Below, one piece after another: positions 23,991 through 33,500 of a DNA stretch of 64,000 bases. A program made the translations under genes and the position numbers. The notes below the pieces were generated by a model. The model saw only the letters and a list, made by a program, of their open reading frames with translations, did no database searches and was not told the DNA's origin. The stretch is from Macrostomum hystrix (Eukaryota > Animalia > Platyhelminthes): positions 33,356,001 to 33,420,000 of the forward strand of contig CATNEN010000038.1 in the NCBI GenBank assembly GCA_950097015.1, given 5' to 3'. Positions within the stretch are counted from its first letter, which is position 1. Each line of letters starts with the position of its first letter.

Positions 23991-24257
23991 AGCGCGTATC
24001 AGTTCAATCTGAACTTCCGCTTGTCATTCATTCATTTCATTTATTGCACTGTCCTTTAAAAATGTCGATTGATTGAGCCGTTGTTTAAATTCAGTGCTTG
24101 AGTAAAGTAGAGACGTTCAAAGCAAACAAGACGTCCAAGTCTATATGCCTGTGAGCTCGATTGCTTAGTTTGACAGACTGACGGCCTGCAAAAATCAAGT
24201 TTTAGCGCGACCCAGCTGTCTTTGGTCTCAAATTTCAAATACAATGTCCAGTCTCGT

Positions 24258-24266
24258 GTATAAATA
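24258..24266 (+). promoter_or_regulatory. Putative TATA box
   Basis: gtataaata about 95 nt upstream of ATG 24356. Confidence 0.5.
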
Positions 24267-24355
24267 GCAGTCATTATTGAGCCTGAGATTACCCAAGTGA
24301 ACTCGCCAAGTGAACACCTTCAAATCGTCTCTAAGTTTGCACAGCATCTAGAGCC

Positions 24356-24775
24356 ATGCAAAAGCACTGCTGCCTGATAGCTGCCGTGTTGGCCTTCTGC
24401 CTACTGGCGGGGCCCGCGATGGCCAGCGACGACTCGGATTGTCCGAGCGAGCGGCGAACAAAGTCAGCCACACTGGGAGGCAAACAGATCAGCCAGAACC
24501 TGCTGAAGATGCGCGTGGGCACCGGCCAGTGCGTCTGGGTCTTCGAGGGTAGCACAGCCGACAAGTTCCGCACGGAGAGCTGCATGAGCTGCCGGTACTA
24601 CAACAGCCAGGTGTACTGCGTTGGCAGCCCAGCCATGGCTGTGCCGCCACCCTGCGTCATGAAGCTTGGCCCGGACTGCCAGATGTACACCGTGGACCCG
24701 ACAGACAAGACCAAGGCCTGCGACGTGCTGGCATTGCTGTCTGCCGCTGCCGCTGCTGGTGGACCTGGTCGCTAA
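24356..24775 (+). CDS. Secreted 8-Cys protein, beta-microseminoprotein/PSP94-like, 139 aa
   Basis: Signal peptide. Shares ATLGGKxISQxL, TGxCxWVxEGS, FRTExCxxC, PPCVxxLGPDC, DP and ACD with the 22512 paralog. Confidence 0.82.
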   Translation: MQKHCCLIAAVLAFCLLAGPAMASDDSDCPSERRTKSATLGGKQISQNLLKMRVGTGQCVWVFEGSTADKFRTESCMSCRYYNSQVYCVGSPAMAVPPPCVMKLGPDCQMYTVDPTDKTKACDVLALLSAAAAAGGPGR

Positions 24776-24954
24776 AGAGGCTGATAGTGACCTTCTGATG
24801 TGCTTTGTGTGGCTTCAATCGGTTGGTGTTTGAACTAGTTTTACTATAGTATTTGATGCAGACTTCTCAGCAGCAAAATGAAATACACGAGTTGCACGCC
24901 ACACTGCAGATAAAATATGCTTAATTTTTGCTGACACCGTCAATCTGGTCATTA

Positions 24955-25225
24955 GTTTCTCCAAGGTCTTTGAGCTCGATTCCACGGCGAGGTCACCATT
25001 CATTTTGGGACGCAGCCGCGGCGTAGAGAAGGCTTTTTGGGCTTATCGTGCAATTTACGCCGTGAAAGTGTACACTGCCTGACGACGAGAAATTCAGGGC
25101 AGATGTACAGGGCACACCTGTGTGTCTGTATGTCTGCGTACGGTATATCTGTGCGCATGTGTGCTCAGGAGTCAGCGGAATGGGCAGAATTGCCTCTTCA
25201 CTGCCTGCAGGACTAGTGTCACCAA
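24955..25225 (+). mobile_element. SINE family B copy
   Basis: tgagctcgattccacggcgagg...gtgtacactgcctgac...gtgtgctcaggagtca matches the other copies. Confidence 0.65.
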
Positions 25226-25466
25226 ATGATATTATTACTGCTAGTAATAATAACTAGATTTTGTCTAGTAAAGGGTTGAAACTAAATAAAACAAAAACGC
25301 AATTCAAGTGCAAAATTAGTGCCTACTTGAAGTAGTGTTCAGAAACAAAACTTTCCATTTTAAAACAGAACCAGAAAAGTCTGCAAAATAGAGCACTTTT
25401 TAAACATTTTTAGATGATTTTATTGTCCTGTGGTCCAAGTTTATATGACGTCAGTAACTATCAATT

Positions 25467-25790
25467 AGGGGCGGATAGCTCAGTCAGTAAGGTGTCGGAC
25501 TCTGGATCAGATGGTCCTGGGTTCGACTCCCGACTTAGTCTAGAACTATTCGTGCAGCCTTTGGCAAGCTGCTTTGCCCTGATGTGCTCACAGTCTACTC
25601 AGCTGCAAATGAGTACCGACATTTCATCGGTAATAATAATTCTGGCTGGCGTGGAATAAAGCAGTTCTGTGCGGCAATTCTGTAGGGTTTGGATGCTGCC
25701 GATATGTTTGGAAAAATAAATTCCGGGGAGTACAATAGGTGTGCAGTCCCCACCTGCTAGTGTGCCTGGCCCTTGGGTCTAGTGTCAATT
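25467..25790 (+). mobile_element. tRNA-derived SINE, family C
   Basis: Head ggggcggatagctcagtcagtaaggtgtcggactctggatcagatggtcctgggttcgactccc, followed by core ctcagctgcaaatgagtacc and an (ATT)n tail. Confidence 0.65.
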
Positions 25791-25879
25791 ATTATTATTA
25801 TTAACTATCAATTGAATCTCTATTTTTTAAATCGAAAAGCAAATAATTATTTGCAGATTTTATTTCCCCTGCCCACATT

Positions 25880-26100
25880 AGACCTGATGAGCAGCCAACA
25901 GCACAGCCACAGCTGACAGCTGCGTACGGCTGTTCAGTCCATGGACTGGGGGACGCCACACCCACCCTCAATTATCCCTACAATTGCTGGTACCCATTGA
26001 ATAGCTGGGTGAACTGAAGCAATGCAGATTAAAGTGTCCCGCTAAAAGACATGATGGGAGCCGAGTCGGGAGTCGAACCCCCGACCTTCTATTCGTGAAT
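25880..26100 (-). mobile_element. SINE family A copy
   Basis: Matches 950-1218; B-box ggttcgactccc on the minus strand. Confidence 0.7.
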
Positions 26101-26824
26101 GACAATGACAGTAGCGAGCATTACTTTATAAATCGGCAAGCAGAGGAAAAGAGCATATAATTTTTTATAACGCAACCTATACGACCAGCTCTAATCGTTG
26201 ACGCCTTTCTAGAATTTGCTCGAAGACCTGACTAAGGACGCCTCCCCTACCTGACTCGAAAGGACGAACTCGAGAATAATTCAGCTGGTAAGCAGGCGGT
26301 GAGGAAATGCGAATTCAAAGGATTAGACCGTGTGTCGGGCGATAATTGCAGGACCGGCACGAACTTCCGCCCCACAAAGCCAGCCGCCAGCCAGTCTGAC
26401 ATCTGCCCACCCCCGGGGGCTGATTCAGGGCGTGATTTCATGCAACCTGTAATTGCAATTACGAGCAGTAAGGGACTTCTCTATCCCTGATTTCAGATCT
26501 CAGGAGCGGCGAAACAGCGAGAAGGAGGATGTCGAGGCTAACACACAAGAAGACGGCACTCTCGATTTGCGAAGCTGCGGGCGAAATTAATCTTCAGATA
26601 CAGAAAAAAAGAATACTTAAAACGTATCACTTTTGCCTAGCTACTTACGTCTATCCTTTCGCCATCTTTAGTCTGCTGCGGGTGCATCACAGGATCGGGA
26701 TATATTTTGTGATTGGTCTGCCGAATGCACAGAAAGCTAACTTAGTCCGTTGCAAATCGACTCGAGAAAAAGTGTTTTGAGACATCAGTTAGATTCGGAC
26801 AGTCAAAGCTTGACGAGCATCGAC

Positions 26825-27499
26825 ATGGGTCTCCGACAGAGCTGCTGCTATTCCTGCTGCTGCTCACAGCTGGACGCCTTTGTTGACGACAACAGCGACG
26901 ACATCAGTCCGTCCGCCACAACTAACAACAATGCGATAGTTAGCAGCACAGGCAACTACAGTGGCAACAACAACAGCAGCGGCGGCGGCGGCGGCAGCGG
27001 CAGTATCAGCAGCAAGAGCTGCCTGAAGCGCGGCAGTCGCAGCGGGGCTGACTCCGCCCCCATTGTTATCGGCGTCGATGACTCGTCAGCGACAGCAGCT
27101 GCGGCCGGAAGCTCCTCCAGCTCAAATCCTTCGGCCACCCCAGCTGGCAGAAAGAAGTCAATGCGGCGCTGCTCCAGCCTGGCCGACAAGCAGCTGTTCG
27201 GCGACCTAGCCGACGGTCTGTCGCAGGCGGCAATCAGCGAGATACTTCTGCTCCGCGGCATGGTCCGCTCTGGACTGCTGCCACTGCACAGCTACGTACA
27301 GTTCGCTGCTGAGATCACCGAGTGCGACCAGCTGCACCAGCTGCAGCAGCAAGAGGAGCAAAAGCAACAGCAACTGTTGCACAAACAGCAAAAGCGGTTG
27401 CAACTAGCTCAGCAGTCCCCTCAGCAGCAGCAGCAGCAGCAGCAGTTCCATCTCATGCGCGCGAAGGCCATGGCTAGAGCGCAGAATGCTAACATCTGA
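26825..27499 (+). CDS. Hypothetical low-complexity protein (N-terminal MG plus Cys cluster, Ser/Gly-rich, poly-Q), 224 aa
   Basis: GC-rich open frame in AT-rich flanks; first ATG at 26825 (MGLRQSCCYSCCCS). No recognisable domain. Confidence 0.6.
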   Translation: MGLRQSCCYSCCCSQLDAFVDDNSDDISPSATTNNNAIVSSTGNYSGNNNSSGGGGGSGSISSKSCLKRGSRSGADSAPIVIGVDDSSATAAAAGSSSSSNPSATPAGRKKSMRRCSSLADKQLFGDLADGLSQAAISEILLLRGMVRSGLLPLHSYVQFAAEITECDQLHQLQQQEEQKQQQLLHKQQKRLQLAQQSPQQQQQQQQFHLMRAKAMARAQNANI

Positions 27500-27749
27500 T
27501 TTACGGATTGTGGAAGTTTTAAAATTTTACTAAAAACATACTGGTAGATTTGCAATTTTACTTTTTAGTCACCGGCCGTTTCTAAAAAAACTGACTTTCA
27601 CAATAGAAACTACCAGCTCCAGTGTGAAATTTATTGCTGCAATTTAAATTTACTCACGTCTGTGTTTTAGTTAAATTGTTGTTTCGTAAAATTTAGGCCT
27701 GGTTAAGCACGGTAGCTTTGTGTTAATTAAAAAAATAAGATAGGTACTC

Positions 27750-27887
27750 TAGCCTAGCTAGTGTTTATCGCGCCTGACTCACGACTTAAAGGGGTTCGAT
27801 TCCCGACTCCACTGGAACAATCTGTGTCCTTTAGCTATACACTTAACTCTGCATTGCTTCAGTTCACCCAGCTATTAAATGGGTACT
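27750..27887 (+). mobile_element. SINE family A, 5' half (3' half at about 29058-29185)
   Basis: Ends at cacccagctattaaatgggtac and resumes at cagctgggataattgagggtggg, colinear with the intact copy at 25880-26100. Confidence 0.7.
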
Positions 27888-29044
27888 TGTAGTGTCGGCA
27901 TGTTTTTATAATGCGTATATTTCTACTTGTAGTAACTTATTCGCGCACGTCAATATTATGAATTATTTTAATGTATCTTATAGGTTAGTTGTTTGTACAT
28001 GCGCACCCCAGCCAGGCCTAACACGCGACCGGCCGGTCACCCCTGCTCTACAGCCAAGGCATCAGACTAGCCCTGGTCTGGTGGGCCCAACCAATGGGAG
28101 GACGGCTAGCCGATTGAAGTGAACCGACTTAAGTGCGACACCCCGAGCCGGGCCAATCAGCAGCCGGTTCGTTAACCGGCAGGGTCGACCTGGCAGAAGA
28201 ACAAGCGGCGCGGCCGGCACCCAGGCTTTGATGAGGGCTGGGGCGGGCGCTTGACTATAAAACTGACTATTGCGCTGAAATATTGTTCTCATGTGATTCT
28301 GGTCTCGCGTTTGACCTTGCTCTTGCTCTTGATCTTGATATTGTTCTCATTCGTGTTACGCATCCTAGTAAATAGATACCGGGACAGGTAAACCGGTCCA
28401 ACTAGTTAGTCAAAGAAAACCCCCACACTCAACCCCACGTCAGTAAGTAGCTTGCGCTGAGCTCGGTACGTCTGGCCAACTGCTGACGGAGTGTTAGATA
28501 GGGATTGGCAAGCACGGAAGCACTCTCCATATCGCCGACAATCATCGGTGGGACGCCGTCGAACAGACATTAGGTGTGGCACGATAGAACTATCGTTGTG
28601 CCATAGTGCAGAAGTGCTTGCTGGTCGCCTCGGTTTTATGTTAGGGATTTTGGTTAGGTTTCGCGTTATTTGTCTTGTTTGTTATAGGGACTATCTGTTT
28701 GTCTAGGATTTATTTGTGTTGTTTATCGTGTCGTATTATCGAGTAGAGTTCGTGTTTTGTGTTGCGGTTATCGAGATTTTGTTAGTGCGAATTGTGAATT
28801 GGATTGAATTAAGTACAGTACCTGGCAGGGGACGAAAAGAGCGCTGCCAGGGGAATTGATCAGTGATCATAGCTTTCTCTTATTTACTGATTAACACTTA
28901 AATATCAGCTGTTTAGCTTGGGATTTGAATCGTCTTGTCTTCGTTATTTTCGAGTTGCGAAAAGGGAATCTCTCACAAAGAGTAGGACACCCGACCTCAT
29001 TTAGGAATCTCAACGTAAAGAGAGACCTAAGTCAAAATATCACA
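27888..29044. mobile_element. About 1.16-kb insertion in a SINE, probable solo LTR
   Basis: Splits a SINE. Starts TGTAGTG and ends ATCACA, non-coding, TATAAA at about 28256, flanked by ACT on both sides. Confidence 0.5.
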
Positions 29045-29057
29045 ACTATTCAAATTA

Positions 29058-29185
29058 TCAGCTGGGATAATTGAGGGTGGGTGTGGCGTCTCCCCAGTCC
29101 ATGGACTGAACAGCAAGCCGTGCGCAGCCTTCAGATGCACCGCGCAATAGCTGCGGCTGTGCTGTCGGCTGCACATCTGGCCCAG
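29058..29185 (+). mobile_element. SINE family A, 3' half
   Basis: gggataattgagggtggg...gctgtcggctgcacatctggccc. Confidence 0.7.
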
Positions 29186-29594
29186 CTGTGAAGTGTATGA
29201 TCAATTATTATATATTATTAATACCATGGCAGAGATCAAGCCTCTCAGTGTTTTGTGTTTTGCACGGAGGAAAACAAGATGAATTAACATGCAATGTTTG
29301 AATATCAGTTTTTTAATGAAATTTTATTTGATAGACTCACAACTACCTAAGTAGAATAAAAAAATTTACGTTAGACTGAAATTACGGTTAGCACCGTTTT
29401 AGATCTTCTAACATAATATATCCACCGTTAAAGCAGCTATTTTTAATTAAATGGGTTTACTACATTTATGCACGCGGAATCGATAAATAAATAAATAAAA
29501 ATTTTTAATTGAAGCTCTGCGATAAGTTCAGAGAATTTGTAATTCTTTTCAAACCTATCATCTTACCTGGAAAACCAATAGGCTTTTTTCCTGT

Positions 29595-29911
29595 CCATTC
29601 TATTCCATTCTATTCTATTCTATTCCATTCTATTCCATTCTATTCCATTATATTCCATTCTATTCCATTCTATTCCATTCTATTCCATTCTATTCCATTC
29701 TATTCCATTATATTCCATTCTATTCCATTCTATTCCATTCTATTCCATTCTATTCCATTCTATTCCATTCTATTCCATTCTATTCCATTCTATTCCATTC
29801 TATTCCATTCTATTCCATTCTATTCCATTCTATTCCATTCTATTCCATTCTATTCCATTCTATTCCATTCTATTCCATTCTATTCCATACTATTCCATAC
29901 TATTCCATTCT
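29595..29911. repeat. (TATTCCATTC)n microsatellite
   Basis: Direct reading. Confidence 0.98.
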
Positions 29912-29924
29912 ATTTGGTTTGGTT

Positions 29925-30514
29925 AGCGGGGCGAGTGGGTCAGCGGCTAACGTCGCTGCCTCGCACTCCAAAGGACGCTAGTTCGATTCACCCTTCAAGT
30001 CACGATTAATTTCGGGACTTGTTGGGGGATTTGGACAGTAGCGACCGGCGGAGGTGCACCATATTTCGTGCAATCAAAGCTTGAAATAATAGCTTCGCTC
30101 CTACCTTTCTGTGTGCCTGTTCTGCGTTGTGTGAGTTGTGTGCGTTGGCGCTGGGGCGTGAGGCCTTGCGGGGGGTGGCTGGAGGGCGGGTGTACACCGC
30201 CGCGCGCTTTCTGGACTTCCGTTAGCGCGATTGGATAAGTGTACACTCATCACCCGGCCCCCCCCTGAGGACTGATTTCTTATCAGCCTTCCGCCCCGGC
30301 TTGGTCTGCTATGTGCGTGTGTGGCTGGGGTGGGGGACACTGCTGCCTATTTCGGGTGCCTCCTGCCCTCCCCGGCTGGTCTGTGCTGCTGTGTGTGGTG
30401 CCTGCTCATGGGAGGCGGCGCGATGGGCGCAAAAGCGCCTAGTTCGCCGGTCTGGGGGCGTGCCGCTCCGTCGCTTGTGCGACAAGTGCCCCGGGCCCCC
30501 CTGCAAATAGATAG
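29925..30514 (+). mobile_element. About 590-bp SINE-like retroposon with 13-bp TSD
   Basis: ATTTGGTTTGGTT at 29912-29924 and 30515-30527; tRNA-like head (gttcgattc B-box); atagatag tail. Confidence 0.75.
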
Positions 30515-30596
30515 ATTTGGTTTGGTTGCACAAAGTTTGCTATCCATCGAGAAGAAAGCGAAAAGTGCACACAGTTTTGAGTTGTCAATGAGCAAT

Positions 30597-33500
30597 CTAG
30601 CAGTCGTATGTGCACAGAAACTGTTGCAGAAATGCGTAGACCAGAAATCCCACGTAAATGATGAAGAATGAGATTCCGATGGCTTTGCCCAGCTTGAAAT
30701 TGGCGATAGCAATCACAAATAGACACACAACCAGTATAATGATCAGGATTATGCCAAACTTCACGTGCGGAATCATCTTCATAACGCCCTGGCAGTAGTA
30801 TTGCTGAAATGTTTTGCCAGATTTTGCAACACCTAATTTAGATTGGTTGAAATATTGTTGTTCATTTTAATTTTTTTTTATAAAGATTCAATTTTTCACA
30901 GCGCGTTTTTATGATGTACAACCGTCTGCCTGGTGCATCCTCTGCAACGTCGGAGAGACATTGGTTCTCTTCTGGTGGGGAGACATTGGTTCTCTTCTGG
31001 TGGGGAGACATTGGTTCTCTGCTGCTTGGGGAGACATTGGTTCTCTGCTGCTTAGGGAGACATTGGTTCTCTGCTGCTTGGGGAGACATTGGTTCTCTTC
31101 TGGTGGGGAGACATTGGTTCTCTGCTGCTTGGGGAGACATTGGTTCTCTGCTGCTTAGGGAGACATTGGTTCTCTGCTGCTTGGGGAGACATTGGTCCTG
31201 TGCTGCTTAGGGAGACATTGGTCCTCTGCTGCTTGGGGAGACATTGGTCCTGTGCTGCTTAGGGAGACATTGGTTCTCTGCTGCTTGGGGAGACATTGGT
31301 TCTCTGCTGCTTGGGGAGACATTGGTTCTCTTCTGGTGGGGAGACATTGGTTCTCTGCTGCTTGGGGAGACATTGGTTCTCTTCTGGTGGGGAGACATTG
31401 GTTCTCTGCTGCTTGGGGAGACATTGGTTCTCTGCTGCTTAGGGAGACATTGGTTCTCTGCTGCTTGGGGAGACATTGGTCCTGTGCTGCTTAGGGAGAC
31501 ATTGGTCCTCTGCTGCTTGGGGAGACATTGGTCCTGTGCTGCTTGGGGAGACATTGGTTCTCTGCTGCTTGGGGAGACATTGGTTCTCTGCTGCTTGGGG
31601 AGACATTGGTTCTCTGCTGCTTGGGGAGACATTGGTTCTCTTCTGGTGGGGAGACATTGGTCCTGTGCTGCTTAGGGAGACATTGGTTCTCTTCTGGTGG
31701 GGAGACATTGGTCCTGTGCTGCTTAGGGAGACATTGGTCCTCTGCTGCTTGGGGAGACATTGGTTCTCTGCTGCTTGGGGAGACATTGGTCCTGTGCTGC
31801 TTAGGGAGACATTGGTTCTCTGCTGCTTGGGGAGACATTGGTCCTGTGCTGCTTAGGGAGACATTGGTTCTCTTCTGGTGGGGAGACATTGGTTCTCTGC
31901 TGCTTGGGGAGACATTGGTCCTGTGCTGCTTAGGGAGACATTGGTCCTGTGCTGCTTGGGGAGACATTGGTTCTCTGCTGCTTGGGGAGACATTGGTTCT
32001 CTGCTGCTTGGGGAGACATTGGTTCTCTGCTGCTTGGGGAGACATTGGTTCTCTGCTGCTTGGGGAGACATTGGTTCTCTGCTGCTTGGGGAGACATTGG
32101 TTCTCTTCTGGTGGGGAGACATTGGTCCTCTGCTGCTTGGGGAGACATTGGTCCTCTGCTGCTTGGGGAGACATTGGTTCTCTTCTGGTGGGGAGACATT
32201 GGTCCTCTGCTGCTTGGGGAGACATTGGTTCTCTGCTGCTTAGGGAGACATTGGTCCTCTGCTGCTTGGGGAGACATTGGTTCTCTGCTGCTTGGGGAGA
32301 CATTGGTTCTCTTCTGGTGGGGAGACATTGGTTCTCTGCTGCTTGGGGAGACATTGGTTCTCTGCTGCTTGGGGAGACATTGGTTCTCTGCTGCTTGGGG
32401 AGACATTGGTCCTCTGCTGCTTGGGGAGACATTGGTCCTCTGCTGCTTGGGGAGACATTGGTTCTCTGCTGCTTGGGGAGACATTGGTCCTCTGCTGCTT
32501 GGGGAGACATTGGTCCTCTGCTGCTTGGGGAGACATTGGTTCTCTTCTGGTGGGGAGACATTGGTCCTGTGCTGCTTAGGGAGACATTGGTTCTCTGCTG
32601 CTTAGGGAGACATTGGTCCTTTGCTGCTTGGGGAGACATTGGTTCTCTGCTGCTTGGGGAGACATTGGTTCTCTTCTGGTGGGGAGACATTGGTTCTCTG
32701 CTGCTTGGGGAGACATTGGTTCTCTTCTGGTGGGGAGACATTGGTTCTCTGCTGCTTGGGGAGACATTGGTTCTCTGCTGCTTAGGGAGACATTGGTTCT
32801 CTGCTGCTTGGGGAGACATTGGTCCTGTGCTGCTTAGGGAGACATTGGTTCTCTGCTGCTTGGGGAGACATTGGTCCTGTGCTGCTTAGGGAGACATTGG
32901 TCCTCTGCTGCTTGGGGAGACATTGGTTCTCTGCTGCTTGGGGGGACATTGGTCCTCTGCTGCTTGGGGAGACATTGGTCCTCTGCTGCTTGGGGAGACA
33001 TTGGTTCTCTTCTGGTGGGGAGACATTGGTTCTCTGCTGCTTGGGGAGACATTGGTTCTCTGCTGCTTGGGGAGACATTGGTTCTCTGCTGCTTGGGGAG
33101 ACATTGGTTCTCTGCTGCTTGGGGAGACATTGGTTCTCTGCTGCTTGGGGAGACATTGGTTCTCTGCTGCTTGGGGAGACATTGGTTCTCTGCTGCTTGG
33201 GGAGACATTGGTTCTCTGCTGCTTGGGGAGACATTGGTTCTCTTAAAAAAATGATATTTTTTTACGGCTAAGGTTGTCACCCCGAAGAGGATTATGTTTT
33301 GGCCACCCGGAGGAGTGAATCAGCTTATTGAGGGGATAGTTAGCTCAATGAGTTAAAAAATTATTTTGATTGGATGAATAGCCTTTTTTGAGGATAATTT
33401 GCTTAATTAGGGTATTAATTAGATCCCCTATTGCCGCCTCTACTTCCTGGAGGGGAGCTAAAATTGCAAGTGAAGTTCCAATGTGAAAAACCCGATTATT

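Noticed and set aside
23720-23992. PSFL-repeat ORF (also 29509-30009, 51018-51492, 14667-14963)
   Set aside because: Microsatellite or minisatellite translations.
25467-25540. Functional tRNA-Gln(CTG) gene
   Set aside because: The acceptor stem does not pair, and the sequence continues into a SINE body and tail.
30953-33243. CRISPR-like array and long ORFs
   Set aside because: Contiguous tandem units with no unique spacers, no cas genes, eukaryotic intron. The ORFs are repeat artefacts.
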